64,000 bases of DNA from a virus (Duplodnaviria; Heunggongvirae; Uroviricota; Caudoviricetes): IMG/VR virus record IMGVR_UViG_3300001687_000947; one strand, 5' to 3'. The notes beneath the pieces were generated by a model that did no database searches, was not told where the DNA came from, and saw nothing but the letters and a program-made list of their open reading frames with translations. The translations under genes were made by a program, and so were the position numbers. Positions 32,763 through 43,604 of the stretch are shown in pieces. Each line of letters opens with the position of its first letter. The stretch's first letter is position 1.

Positions 32763-33788
32763 ATGAGTGAAACCAAAGATGATCTTGATTCTATGGAAGT
32801 TAGTATTCCTGAAGAGTCTAAACCACTTATGAATATCAAGGGTATAGGTCCAAAGACTGTGCAAAAGTTAATTGATATAGGGGTAAATACACCAGCTCAC
32901 TTAGTTGCTATGCCATTTCAAGATTTAGCTGCTTTACTTCAAATAAATAAGAAAGCTGCTAGGGAAATATGTAATGATGCAATAGATAAGTTTCTTCCAG
33001 ATACAGTACATGCTAAGTCTTTGGATGATATTATTATTCATCAGAAAGATATTGTTAAGCGTATACCAACTGGAGTAACAAGGTTTGATCAAGCTATGGA
33101 TGGCGGTTTACCAACAGAGGCTATAACAATATTTAAAGGTGAATATGAAAGTGGTAAATCACAGTTTTGTTATCAACTTGCTGTAAATTGTTTAAAGTAT
33201 CATAAGAGGCATGTTGTTTGGATAGAAACTGAGTCAGGCACATTTGTTGGTACTAGATTGTTGGAAGTAGCTAAAGCTACAGGTGTTAAAGTTAATGGTT
33301 CAAGTGATATGACAATAGTTACTTCTGATGAAGCTAGTAGACCACAATTATTGTATAATGCTTATGAGATGGTTTCTAGAATAGTTAAGAACAAAAATGT
33401 TGATGTTGGATTACTTATTATTGATTCATTTAGTGCACCATTTAAAGCTGAGTATGGTCCAAGAGAAAGACTACCAGCTAGGTCACAAGATGAAACTAAA
33501 CATTTAGGATGGTTAAATGAATTTGCTAAGAATAATAATTGTGCTATAGTATTAACTGCTCAAATTATGGGATTACCAGATACTAGCTTATCATTAGCTG
33601 AGAAGGCTAAGTCTGGGCATAATAAGAAGATGCAAGGTGGAACTACAGTACAACATGGTGGAACATATCTAATTAGTTTAGAGCAAAAATCTAAGATTCA
33701 ATATGAAGGGATAATCTTTGGTTCACCAAATGTTCCTAGAACAGCATTTAGATTTAAATTAACTAAGCAAGGAGTTAGAGATATTTAA
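32763..33788 (+). CDS. radA: RadA/Rad51-family recombinase with N-terminal helix-hairpin-helix domain
   Basis: N-terminal IKGIGPKTVQKLIDIGVNT HhH is present. Walker A is GEYESGKSQ and Walker B is LLIIDS. Confidence 0.8.
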   Translation: MSETKDDLDSMEVSIPEESKPLMNIKGIGPKTVQKLIDIGVNTPAHLVAMPFQDLAALLQINKKAAREICNDAIDKFLPDTVHAKSLDDIIIHQKDIVKRIPTGVTRFDQAMDGGLPTEAITIFKGEYESGKSQFCYQLAVNCLKYHKRHVVWIETESGTFVGTRLLEVAKATGVKVNGSSDMTIVTSDEASRPQLLYNAYEMVSRIVKNKNVDVGLLIIDSFSAPFKAEYGPRERLPARSQDETKHLGWLNEFAKNNNCAIVLTAQIMGLPDTSLSLAEKAKSGHNKKMQGGTTVQHGGTYLISLEQKSKIQYEGIIFGSPNVPRTAFRFKLTKQGVRDI

Positions 33789-34037
33789 CGTGAGAACAAA
33801 ACATAAAGGAAGTAAATATGAGGGTAAAGTAACTGAACTTTTAGCCCTTGATGCGGAACTATGGAGTCAATTCAAAGAACTTAGACAACCGTATGGTACT
33901 GTTAATGAGTTATTTGAAGACTGCATAAGAATATTGCTTGGATTTCAACCTAAGCACCAAGCATTACTTGAGAGGTTTAAAGTAGTGGTTCCATCTTTAG
34001 CCTCTGAATAAAATTAACAAAATAAGGAGAGTGAAAT

Positions 34038-35015
34038 ATGACACAAGAAAATTTAGTAAATCAACCAAAAAACAAATCAGTTTTTGGTATTAGTGCAAAA
34101 GTAGATGATAAAGCAGAGAAGTATGCTAAGAAATTCAATGTATCCAAAGAGTATGTTATGTCATTGTATATGAGTAATATGAATCAGCTACAAGATGAAA
34201 AGAAGGCGTTGCTTTCAACATATGGTGATCTTCTATATGAGTCAGGAAGAGATGTATATTATACTTATATCTTGAATGATGAAGGTCCAATTGATATGTT
34301 TGAGTTAATGAGACAAAGTGTTACAAGAGTTCTAGAACATGGTAATGAAGAAGAAATAGACAAGGTGTATGCTGATGAGAAAGCATGGGAAGATGGTACT
34401 GTTTTAGATTATAGGAAAACAGTATTTGGTAGACCAAATGAAAATAAAGGTCAACCTTTGACTGGTTCAAGTTGGCAAAGGACTATTTGGTGTATAGTTG
34501 CTGATAATGAAAGCTTTGAAGGTGCTAAACTAGTTGAAATAACTAGTAGTGGTGATACAGCTAAGAATCTAGATATAGTGCCAGGATTTGCTTATTATAA
34601 GGCTTTTATTAATCCTAGTAAGAAAAATCCTAATAGGTTTAGCTTTGGTAAAACAAGTGCATTTAAACCTTGGATACCCAAAGTTTCTAACGCTGAAATT
34701 GCAAATAGAATTCCAGTAATTGATATTGGTCCTGACTTAGAAGAAGAATACAAGAAGTACTTTGCTGGAAAGAAATATCCTAGACATGTAACGGCTATAC
34801 GTGGTTATGTTACTTGGATGAGTCTAGATGTTGTGCGTGGTACAAGACAGTTAATTATAACTGACGGGGATACTGAAGAATCAATTAAATGTAACTTACC
34901 TGAGTCCATTCCAGTAACATACCAGAAAGTAGATGAAATAATTGCTTTCACAAGGTTATTTGCTAGAAGGAACGGTAAGATAGGCGCAGAGATAAGAGCA
35001 TATATGGTGGTCTAA
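34038..35015 (+). CDS. Hypothetical protein in replication block (role unknown; ssDNA-binding or accessory is speculation)
   Basis: A 325-aa ORF with an AAGGAGAG ribosome-binding site lies between radA and polB. No motif was recognised. Confidence 0.25.
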   Translation: MTQENLVNQPKNKSVFGISAKVDDKAEKYAKKFNVSKEYVMSLYMSNMNQLQDEKKALLSTYGDLLYESGRDVYYTYILNDEGPIDMFELMRQSVTRVLEHGNEEEIDKVYADEKAWEDGTVLDYRKTVFGRPNENKGQPLTGSSWQRTIWCIVADNESFEGAKLVEITSSGDTAKNLDIVPGFAYYKAFINPSKKNPNRFSFGKTSAFKPWIPKVSNAEIANRIPVIDIGPDLEEEYKKYFAGKKYPRHVTAIRGYVTWMSLDVVRGTRQLIITDGDTEESIKCNLPESIPVTYQKVDEIIAFTRLFARRNGKIGAEIRAYMVV

Positions 35016-35017
35016 AC

Positions 35018-35908
35018 TTGCAATCACAAGAAGATTCACCACCCATTATTTCTTTTGATGTTTCATCTGAAGTTAAGAATTTAGGTGAAAGGGTAGAGTT
35101 TGGATTTATTAACCCTAAACTGTTACATAAAGCTGATACTAATTGTAGAAAAGTAGATATTTCAGATAATGAAAAAGTAATTATGGATGCAACTACAAGT
35201 AATTATGGTATTATTGATCCAGTTGTTATAAATATGGATAATGGTGTTGTTAAGGGACAACTTAGGTGGAGTTCAGCTTTAAGAGTTAATCTTGATAGAA
35301 TTCCATTTATAAGAATGAAATTTAAAGATGTGTTCTCAGAACGTTCAGCTAGTGCATTAGATGATACTACAAAGCATCCTTGGAGTAAGGAAGATTGGAG
35401 ATATTATATTGGAGTAAATTTGAATGAAGGTAAAACATATGAGCAAATTGCTAATGCAGTTTGTTTAAGTGTAGATCATATAAGAGCAAAGATGAGAGGA
35501 GCATATATTCATCCTAGTATGTATGGTAATGATGAAGCAATAAAAAAATATGAAGAGCTTCAACCTGATAAGCAAAATGCAGTAAAAGGTATTCTTGATA
35601 CTAAGCAATATGAAGATGCATCACCTGAAAAGGTTACTAAGTTAGTGGACTATGCTATTGTTGCTCCAGTAAGAGATGTTCAAGATTTAAGGAAAACTTC
35701 TAAGAAGTATAGTGATATTGATGTGGATTCTAGGTTAAAGAAAGTTAAGAAGAAAACATCTATATTACGTATTAAAGTTGATAAGGAACTGATGGATAAA
35801 TTTACTGCTTATTGCAATAGGAGACATAGGGATCCAATTAATGTTGTTGAGGAACTTATAAGAGCATATATAGGTAAGAGTAATATTTATCAGATTGTTG
35901 AGATATAG
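35018..35908 (+). CDS. Hypothetical protein with C-terminal ribbon-helix-helix-like segment
   Basis: The C-terminal LRIKVDKELMDKFTAYCNRRHRDPINVVEELIRAYIG has a strand-helix-helix pattern. Confidence 0.3.
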   Translation: MQSQEDSPPIISFDVSSEVKNLGERVEFGFINPKLLHKADTNCRKVDISDNEKVIMDATTSNYGIIDPVVINMDNGVVKGQLRWSSALRVNLDRIPFIRMKFKDVFSERSASALDDTTKHPWSKEDWRYYIGVNLNEGKTYEQIANAVCLSVDHIRAKMRGAYIHPSMYGNDEAIKKYEELQPDKQNAVKGILDTKQYEDASPEKVTKLVDYAIVAPVRDVQDLRKTSKKYSDIDVDSRLKKVKKKTSILRIKVDKELMDKFTAYCNRRHRDPINVVEELIRAYIGKSNIYQIVEI

Positions 35909-35915
35909 ATGAGAT

Positions 35916-38345
35916 ATGTCATGTATTGTATCTTCAAGCTATGTCATTGTAGATGATAAACCTGAAATTATTTTATGTTTAAGAGATAAGGATTATAAAA
36001 GAAGCAAATTAAATATTCCTTATAACCCATATTTTTATGTTAGAGAATCAGAATATAATAGATTTTTAAGTCTTATTCCAATAGATATTTCAGATGAGTT
36101 AAGAGAAACTCAGACTGGATTTTATGGTGTAGATGGATGTAAATTAATTAGAATATTTACATCTTTACCTAGTGTTATAGGTGAAATTAATAGTCATATT
36201 AGAGATTACAATAATAGGATTATAAAGAGTAGAGAAACTGAGGATCCTATTGAGGAACCATTATTTGACTTATATGAATCTAATATTCTGTTTCATTACA
36301 GATATTTAATTGATAATAAATTAGTCACAGGTATTGATCCTGAGACTATGTTCCCAGTAAAAGTGAAATCTTATCATAAGAGAATATTTATTGATATAGA
36401 AACTTTAATGAAAGAAAGTAAACCTAGTGCATCCAGAGATAAGATTATTGTTATAGGAATTTATGATTATCATACTAAAAAATATCATTTATTGTATATT
36501 GGTAATAGATTTAAGGTTTCTAATGATGTTATTAAATCAGATGTTAAAACAGTTGTTATGCACCCATGTAGAGATGAATTTGATTTAATAAGTAAGTTTG
36601 CATCATTATGGGCTAATATAAGCCCAGATATTGTATGTAGCTTCAGCAAGTTTGATATGAATTTTATTGTTAGAAGATTACAATATTTACATATTAATCC
36701 AGATTTCTTATCTCCAATATTTCAAGTTAGAGCAACTAGAGATATTAGTATTAAATGTTTACATATTGTTGATTATGAGCAATTATATAGAACTGTTTAT
36801 GGTGAACCAGTTTGGAATACTTTAGAGTATGTTGCAACTAAGGAGTTGGGTTATGGCAAGTTAGATTTAGATGAAGATATACCTACTTTATGGAGTAAAG
36901 ATTACAGGAAAGTTGTTGAGTATAATCTTAGAGATGTTGAATTACTTAGGGATTTGGAAGATGAACTTAGTTTAATAGATAATTATGTATTGTTTATATG
37001 GAGTCAAACTGGACTAGATCTTGAAGATTGTTTTATGACTAATAGAATAGGAGATATGTGTCATTTCCGTTATTTAGCTGGAAAATACATATTTAGAACA
37101 GATTCACCTGTTGAATATTCTAAATATGAAGGGGCACTTAATGATGCTTTCAGGAAGGGTTTAAGTTATAGAGTTGGAGTATTTGATTGGAATGAGCTAT
37201 ATCCGTCTATAATGGAAATATTTCATATATCTATGGATACACTTGATCCATATGGTGATATTATAATTAAAGGAAATATTTCAGCAACATGCAAAGAAGT
37301 AAGATTTAGTTCATATAGTCCTGGATGGACAAATCAAATTATGATTCCGTTTAGACGTAAAAGACAAAGGGAAAAAGCTAAAGCTAAAGAGGCTACAATT
37401 AATAAGATAAGAAGAGCATTAAAGGTTTTATCTCAAGCTCTTAAAGTTATTAATAATGCCCAGTATGGATTGTATGGTCAATGTACTGATAAATTTAAAT
37501 CAAGATTTTATGATCACCGTATAGCTGGAGCAATTACTTTTATAGGTAGAGAAGTATCTGAGAAAGCAAAGGAAATAATTGAAAGTTTAGGATATGAACT
37601 AATATATAGAGATAGTGACTCATTCTTTATACCACTTAAACGTGCTGATGAAGAAGAAATAAAGTTTCTGCGTACAACAATACAAAGTGAAGTTAATGCT
37701 TTCCTAAAGAGTAAGTATAAGATAACTAAGGAATTAAGACTTGACTTTGAATATATTGCAACAAGAATATTTGTTCTTACTAAGAAGAAATATCAGGGTA
37801 TTAAGGAGAATGGTGAGTTTGTAGTTAAAGGAATTAATATTATACAGAAGAACACTTCTAAATATACAGTATTAATAGGAAGTAGAGTTGGAGAAATGAG
37901 ACTTAAAGGTATATCTGTTACTGAGACAAAGGAATATATTGATAAAGTGTACAATAATGTTAGACATGGTAGGATTCCATTAGATATGATTGCTCCACTT
38001 GGTAGATGTAACCAGAAGACATACAAGAAGATTAATAGAAATCTTAAAGCTATGACTTATTCTGCAAGTATTGGTATTGAGATTCCTTTAGGTTCAAGGT
38101 TTAAATGGTTATATGTTCATCCTAAAGGAGCAACGGTTGATGTCCCATTACTTAATGATAAGAAAAAGATTATTTATCAAACTGTTGATGCTGATGTAAT
38201 AGCTTTTATGGATATTGAGCAGATTCCTAGAGATATAGTTATAGATTACAAGAAAATGGCTGATACTATAATAAAGAAACCTTTAAAGCGTTATATAGAA
38301 GAGGAAAAACATATAAGGCAACAACCATTAAGTAAGTATTGGTGA
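35916..38345 (+). CDS. polB: Family B DNA polymerase
   Basis: Exo I is FIDIETL. Motif A is DWNELYPSI. Motif B is KVINNAQYGLYG. Motif C is IYRDSDSFF (YxDTDS variant). Confidence 0.85.
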   Translation: MSCIVSSSYVIVDDKPEIILCLRDKDYKRSKLNIPYNPYFYVRESEYNRFLSLIPIDISDELRETQTGFYGVDGCKLIRIFTSLPSVIGEINSHIRDYNNRIIKSRETEDPIEEPLFDLYESNILFHYRYLIDNKLVTGIDPETMFPVKVKSYHKRIFIDIETLMKESKPSASRDKIIVIGIYDYHTKKYHLLYIGNRFKVSNDVIKSDVKTVVMHPCRDEFDLISKFASLWANISPDIVCSFSKFDMNFIVRRLQYLHINPDFLSPIFQVRATRDISIKCLHIVDYEQLYRTVYGEPVWNTLEYVATKELGYGKLDLDEDIPTLWSKDYRKVVEYNLRDVELLRDLEDELSLIDNYVLFIWSQTGLDLEDCFMTNRIGDMCHFRYLAGKYIFRTDSPVEYSKYEGALNDAFRKGLSYRVGVFDWNELYPSIMEIFHISMDTLDPYGDIIIKGNISATCKEVRFSSYSPGWTNQIMIPFRRKRQREKAKAKEATINKIRRALKVLSQALKVINNAQYGLYGQCTDKFKSRFYDHRIAGAITFIGREVSEKAKEIIESLGYELIYRDSDSFFIPLKRADEEEIKFLRTTIQSEVNAFLKSKYKITKELRLDFEYIATRIFVLTKKKYQGIKENGEFVVKGINIIQKNTSKYTVLIGSRVGEMRLKGISVTETKEYIDKVYNNVRHGRIPLDMIAPLGRCNQKTYKKINRNLKAMTYSASIGIEIPLGSRFKWLYVHPKGATVDVPLLNDKKKIIYQTVDADVIAFMDIEQIPRDIVIDYKKMADTIIKKPLKRYIEEEKHIRQQPLSKYW

Positions 38346-38719
38346 ACATAATTATGCCCAACACAAACGGAACTTTAAGGGAAAGAGTTGCTAAGAATGA
38401 GGTTAAAATACAAGCTATTGAAGTTTGGCTTAAGAATTCTCTAGATACGTTTAATGATAGATTAGCTGAAGTCATTAAACATTCTAATGAGGATATTACG
38501 TCTTTATCTGTTCAACATAAAGAAGATATGCAAACTTTATGTGGTCTTGTTAGTAAACAGCAAAATCAAATAGATAATATTATACAGAGATGTAGTAAGC
38601 ATGATATTCAAAGTGCTGAAGTTAAGCTTGTTAATAAAGTATTGTATTTTATTGGTGGTGCTTTAGGTATAGCATTAATATCATTAATATTTGAATGGCT
38701 TAGTAAGGTGTTGCTATGA
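38339..38719 (+). CDS. Coiled-coil protein with C-terminal transmembrane anchor
   Basis: Heptad-like polar repeats are followed by LYFIGGALGIALISLIFEWL. Confidence 0.3.
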   Translation: MVNIIMPNTNGTLRERVAKNEVKIQAIEVWLKNSLDTFNDRLAEVIKHSNEDITSLSVQHKEDMQTLCGLVSKQQNQIDNIIQRCSKHDIQSAEVKLVNKVLYFIGGALGIALISLIFEWLSKVLL

Positions 38720-39750
38720 GTGATTTTATTAAGCAATGTATAGAATATCTTAAAGATAAAGAAAATGTTATTGGATTTAGTGAGAAACTTAGACCTAAAA
38801 TTGTTAATGGTAAAGAAGTTGAAGACATTAAGGTTATTAGAGTTTATGTGTCTAAGAAAGTAGAGGAAGCTAAACTTAAAGCTAAAGATATTGTTCCTAA
38901 AGTAATGTGTAATAGTGAAACAGATGTTATTGAAATAGGTGAAGTTAAAGCATTTGTAGATAGAACAAGTAAAATTAGACCTGTTGAGCTTGATGTTAGT
39001 GTTGGTAATATTGTTATTACTGCTGGATCATTGGGTATGAAATATGTTACTAAGGAAGGTAATAGTTTAGGTTTACCAGCTGGTAAAGTGTTACTTGGAA
39101 GTAATGCTCATGTTTTAACTGATAATGATCCATCTAAGGAGATTGATGGTATTAAAGAGAAACGTATAGCTCAGCCAGGCGTTGTGCATGATGCTATGTG
39201 GTTTAATAATTTAGTTGGTGATTATGTTTGGCATCAGGTTATTTATCCTAAAGAGTATATTTCAGAGTGTGAAGTTAGTAAGGCAATATCTAAGTTTCTT
39301 AATAAAGTATCTAAGTTTCTGCATAGGAGAACAACCTTTAAGGCTATTGTTGAAGATAGATCAAACTATGTTGATTTTGCTTTGTATGAACCAACTGTAG
39401 AGCATTTAAGTAAGGTTGTTGGAGACTTTATTAAACCAGAAGATAAATTTGTTGGTCATTTATTTGCTGGATCAGAAATAGTTGGTGTAGTGTTTGGATT
39501 AGATAAGATATTGCCTTACGGTATAGAACCATTAGTTAATTATAGTACTGAAAGACTTAAGATTGGTGATATAGTTAAGGGAGCAAGTTTCTGGGGAGAT
39601 TATGAAACAGAAGTAGTTGATGATAGTGCAGTTATAACTGTTAATTACGGTAATTTTCTAGCTACATTTGAAGATATTATATTACTTAAGAACAGTAATG
39701 TTATACGTGGTGGTTGGAGTGGAAGTAGTTGGTTCTTGAAGGGTATTTAA
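38716..39750 (+). CDS. Trypsin-like (chymotrypsin-fold) serine protease
   Basis: LGSNAHVLTDND matches the His motif TNxHV. The C-terminal GGWSGSSWF is a GxSGG/S-type catalytic Ser motif. The order His...Ser fits the fold. Confidence 0.45.
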   Translation: MSDFIKQCIEYLKDKENVIGFSEKLRPKIVNGKEVEDIKVIRVYVSKKVEEAKLKAKDIVPKVMCNSETDVIEIGEVKAFVDRTSKIRPVELDVSVGNIVITAGSLGMKYVTKEGNSLGLPAGKVLLGSNAHVLTDNDPSKEIDGIKEKRIAQPGVVHDAMWFNNLVGDYVWHQVIYPKEYISECEVSKAISKFLNKVSKFLHRRTTFKAIVEDRSNYVDFALYEPTVEHLSKVVGDFIKPEDKFVGHLFAGSEIVGVVFGLDKILPYGIEPLVNYSTERLKIGDIVKGASFWGDYETEVVDDSAVITVNYGNFLATFEDIILLKNSNVIRGGWSGSSWFLKGI

Positions 39751-39789
39751 ATATATGTGATGTTATATAGATAGTAATGGTGAATAGTT

Positions 39790-41178
39790 ATGACCGTTAG
39801 AGATTGGTTTGATAGAAACTTTGGTGCTACAGAGAAGAAATCCATTAATGAAAAGGTAATGGAATTATCTACTTCAAGTCCTTCTACATCTATTGTTCAA
39901 GAATCTATGAGTATTAAGGAAAGAATAGCTTTATTCTTTCAGTTATATAATAATGATGATTTTACATTTCAATTAGTTAATTTCTTAGCTTCAAGAATAA
40001 CTCATACTTTTATGTTTGAAGGTGATCCTAGTGTTGTTAAGAAACTTGATAAATGGGCTAAAGATGTTAATTTAGGTAATAAACTTGAGGATATGGCTGT
40101 TGATGCTATAGTTGCTGGAACAGCTTGGATAGAAGCAGTACCAAATAAGGCACTTAAAAATATTCTTAGAATTATTATTATTAATCCTGAAACTATGGAT
40201 TTTATTAGAGATCAAAATAATTATACTGCTTATGATGAGGAAGGTAAGGTTGTTGGTTATGAACAGCAAGCTGGTGGTTATGTTAGGTACTGGAAGAAAG
40301 ATGTTATAGAACAGGGTGGATTACCAATATATAATTCTACTAATGGTGAAGACCTTAGAGATAGAGTTAAATACCTTAAGATATGCGGTAGAGGAGACTC
40401 TGAGCTTGGGTTAAGCTTACTTGGACCTGGCTATAGAAGTGCAATTATTAGAGCTAACATTGCTGATATGACAGGTGAAGCTGCCTTTAGGGGTGGTGGT
40501 ATAGTTGCTAAACATCCAGGTGATATGTCTCCAGAAACTAAGAAGAAACTTAGGAATGATCTTAAGAATATTACTACACGTAACATTATGATTATTAAAG
40601 AGAACATTACTATTGACAATTTACCTATTCCAGATGTTAGTCAAGCTAGTTCTTTAATGTATCAACTTGCTGATTTTCAAGCAAGTGGTATGGGTATTCC
40701 TATGGATTTACTTATTGCTGGTGGTAGAGGATATCAACGTGATCTAGTGTCCAAGATTGCTAATATGGAAACAAGAATAAGTAGTTATCAACAGAGACTT
40801 GCTGAAAGTGTTAATGATAATATTATTTATCCGTTACTTGCAATGTGGGGCAATCCAGCTAGTGCAAAACTTAAGTTTGTTTCAGCTAGTCCAGGTGCTC
40901 AGCTTAATAGGGCAAGAGTTATAGCTACTTTAGCTAGAAGAAACTTAATGACTTATGATCCTGAGCTTGAAGTTGCGTTACGTAGAGAATTAGATTTGCC
41001 TCATAAGTTACTTGATGAAGTGTATAAAGAATGGGAAAAGAATGGTCCACCTATGGTTAAACCAGAGGTTGGTAGAGAGACCAATATTATTGATAGTAAA
41101 GATGAGCAAGATATTGAATCCCAAGAAGATAAAGATAGAGATAAAGATGATGAAGAAGAAGAAAAAGATGAAGATTAA
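39790..41178 (+). CDS. Large hypothetical protein with poly-acidic C-terminal tail (possible portal/structural; unproven)
   Basis: The 462-aa ORF ends DSKDEQDIESQEDKDRDKDDEEEEKDED. It directly follows the protease-like gene, as in head-morphogenesis modules. Confidence 0.25.
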   Translation: MTVRDWFDRNFGATEKKSINEKVMELSTSSPSTSIVQESMSIKERIALFFQLYNNDDFTFQLVNFLASRITHTFMFEGDPSVVKKLDKWAKDVNLGNKLEDMAVDAIVAGTAWIEAVPNKALKNILRIIIINPETMDFIRDQNNYTAYDEEGKVVGYEQQAGGYVRYWKKDVIEQGGLPIYNSTNGEDLRDRVKYLKICGRGDSELGLSLLGPGYRSAIIRANIADMTGEAAFRGGGIVAKHPGDMSPETKKKLRNDLKNITTRNIMIIKENITIDNLPIPDVSQASSLMYQLADFQASGMGIPMDLLIAGGRGYQRDLVSKIANMETRISSYQQRLAESVNDNIIYPLLAMWGNPASAKLKFVSASPGAQLNRARVIATLARRNLMTYDPELEVALRRELDLPHKLLDEVYKEWEKNGPPMVKPEVGRETNIIDSKDEQDIESQEDKDRDKDDEEEEKDED

Positions 41179-41271
41179 ATGTCATTTTCCTAGTTATAAG
41201 TGTAGTGAGAGAATGATTAATGGTGATTGTTGGGATAAATTTGTTGAATCATGTTATGATGATGAATAATT

Positions 41272-42648
41272 ATGTACAGTAAAGAAGAGATAAAGGATAA
41301 GATATTTCTAGGTCATGTTTTAGAGGAGTTAAAGAAGTATCCTGATAACTGTTTAGATATGGCTGTAACTAGTCCACCATATTTTAGTTGTAGATATTAT
41401 GGTAAGGAAATTAATACAGTATGGGATTCTAATGATCCAGATTGTGAACATGAATGGAAGTATTATGTTAAGTCTAATGGAATTAGACAACCACTTGGAA
41501 TACTTAAAGGTAAAAGGGAGAATGTTGAGTTCACTAAAGGTCATAAGACTGGTTACTGTATGAAGTGTGGTGCTTGGTATGGACAGCTTGGACAAGAGCC
41601 AACTCCAACACTTTATATTAAGCATTTAGCTGATATATTTGATGAACTTAAGAGAGCACTTAAGTCAACAGGATTATTTTTCCTTAATATAGATGATGTT
41701 TATGCTGGTAGTCATAGTGGATATGGTAATAAGATTCCTAATCCTAAGAGCCTTCAGGATATAAGTAGAGGATATAGTGCTAGTAGTGTTATGAAGCCCC
41801 CTGCTGCTACATGTGTTGGTTCAGAAGATTGGATTAAACATAAGACTTTAATGCTTATTCCATACAGGTTAGCTATTGAGATGCAGAACCGTGGATGGAT
41901 ACTTAGAGCAAGTATAATATGGAGAAAACGTACTCATTTACCTATGTATTCACTTGATAACTTTGATTGTAAAGCCTATGAGAACATATTTATGTTTAGT
42001 AAAGAATCATATTATTTCTTTAATAAGGATGATGCTAGAAGACCATATTCTGATAATACATATAAGAGACAAAAGTATAAAGTTACACAATTTGGTACTG
42101 ATGGTATTATTAAATGTACAAGTGCAGATAAAGATTCAGCTTCTAAGCCAGCTTTTATACATCCTAATCCCAAGGGGGCACCTAAGACTAATATATGGTC
42201 TATTAAGGTAGCTAATACTAAACTCAAGCATTTTGCTGCATTTGCTGAGGAACTTGTTCAAGAATGTATTTTACCTGGTTGTGCTAAAGAAGTGTGTTCT
42301 GAGTGTGGTAAACCTAAGATGGTTAAGTATAAGATGATTACTAGAGACTTTGATGAGCTTATGATTGGTGAGAAGGAAAAATATAATAAAATACTAAAGA
42401 TGCCACTTGATAGTGAGGAACTTAGAGATAAAATATTAGGTAAGTTATTACGTAAGAAAATATCACTTGGGTTTATTCCAACATGTAAATGTAAGGTTGG
42501 ATTTGATAATGGTATAGTGTTTGATCCATTTATGGGTTCAGGTACTACGGCTGTTACAGCTAGGAAGCTTGGATATCATTATAGTGGTATTGAGATGCAA
42601 CCTAAATATCATAAGATGATTATGAAGAGATTAAAGGAGATGCTATGA
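41272..42648 (+). CDS. Beta-class DNA methyltransferase (N4-cytosine or N6-adenine)
   Basis: Motif IV DMAVTSPPY precedes the C-terminal motif I FDPFMGSGTTAV. This is the beta-class order. Confidence 0.7.
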   Translation: MYSKEEIKDKIFLGHVLEELKKYPDNCLDMAVTSPPYFSCRYYGKEINTVWDSNDPDCEHEWKYYVKSNGIRQPLGILKGKRENVEFTKGHKTGYCMKCGAWYGQLGQEPTPTLYIKHLADIFDELKRALKSTGLFFLNIDDVYAGSHSGYGNKIPNPKSLQDISRGYSASSVMKPPAATCVGSEDWIKHKTLMLIPYRLAIEMQNRGWILRASIIWRKRTHLPMYSLDNFDCKAYENIFMFSKESYYFFNKDDARRPYSDNTYKRQKYKVTQFGTDGIIKCTSADKDSASKPAFIHPNPKGAPKTNIWSIKVANTKLKHFAAFAEELVQECILPGCAKEVCSECGKPKMVKYKMITRDFDELMIGEKEKYNKILKMPLDSEELRDKILGKLLRKKISLGFIPTCKCKVGFDNGIVFDPFMGSGTTAVTARKLGYHYSGIEMQPKYHKMIMKRLKEML

Positions 42649-43388
42649 TGTTTTGTTCAACTTGTAAAGATTGTATAGATAAAGCAATTGAAAGGGTTGG
42701 TGGTAAAAATGTAGCTTTTATACATAATAATAAGGGTATATCAAAGTATACTTGTATTTTTTGTGGTGAAAAAGCTAAGTATGTAATTAGCTATTTTGAA
42801 GAATTTGACCATTAGGAGGTGAATGAAAGTATGGAATTAATTATTAAAGTTAAAAGAACAGAGTTATTGAAGAGGATAAAGGAGAACAAATTCAGATTTG
42901 TTAAAACATATAAAGAATTACTTGTAGTGTTCAAAGCGGCAAGTGAAACATATAAACTTAATTATGAAAAATATGTTAAGAATACTTTAGGTGGAAAGAA
43001 GTCAAAACAACCTAAAGTGCCAATTAGACCATTAGATCATACTAAGGAATATGATGATTATATTGCAATGTTTGAGGCTGATCAGGAAGATATTGTTAAT
43101 TTAGATGAGAATAAATTTAGGTTTCTATGGTTAGATTTATGGGACTGGAGATACAATTTTGGGAGAACAGTAAATCAATATTATGGTATTGCTTCTGGTA
43201 CGTGTGGATTAGAAGCATCACGTCAAGTGTTATCTGATAGTGTTCAATACTATAGGGTAGATGATTAAGGTGATTAAGTTGATATGGAATAAAATAGATA
43301 TAATAGTACATAAATATGAGTATATGGCTATTATAATGCAAGATAGTTGGATAGATAATCTTTATCATAAACTAGAGGAAATAATACT

Positions 43389-43604
43389 ATGATTAATGCA
43401 TTATTTAGTTTAGAAGTAGTTTCAATAATGTATGTGTGTATAGGTATATTCTGTGCAATAGTAGCTGTTGATGAAACAGATAAGTTTTATTGTTATTTAT
43501 ATCTTATAGTTTCAGCGGTATGTTTAGGTATAGGAATATTCTTTGCATTGTTATTTATTGCTAACTTGCTTACTCCAGCATCAATTGATTTAAGGTGGAT
43601 ATAA
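43389..43604 (+). CDS. Small two-helix membrane protein
   Basis: VSIMYVCIGIFCAIVAV and LIVSAVCLGIGIFFALLFIANLL. Confidence 0.3.
   Translation: MINALFSLEVVSIMYVCIGIFCAIVAVDETDKFYCYLYLIVSAVCLGIGIFFALLFIANLLTPASIDLRWI

Noticed and set aside
39215-39400. Alternative-frame + strand ORFs nested in larger genes (39215..39400, 41012..41269, 41954..42211, 49150..49371, 12983..13195)
   Set aside because: They are out-of-frame overlaps with motif-bearing genes (protease, acidic-tail protein, MTase, radical SAM, P-loop). Their translations are Lys/Leu/Ile low-complexity strings, for example KMMKKKKKMKIK from the antisense-like frame of the poly-acidic tail.
39790-41178. Calling 39790..41178 a portal protein outright
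   Set aside because: Only size, position after a protease-like gene and an acidic tail support it. No portal-specific motif could be recognised by eye, so it is kept as a low-confidence hypothesis.
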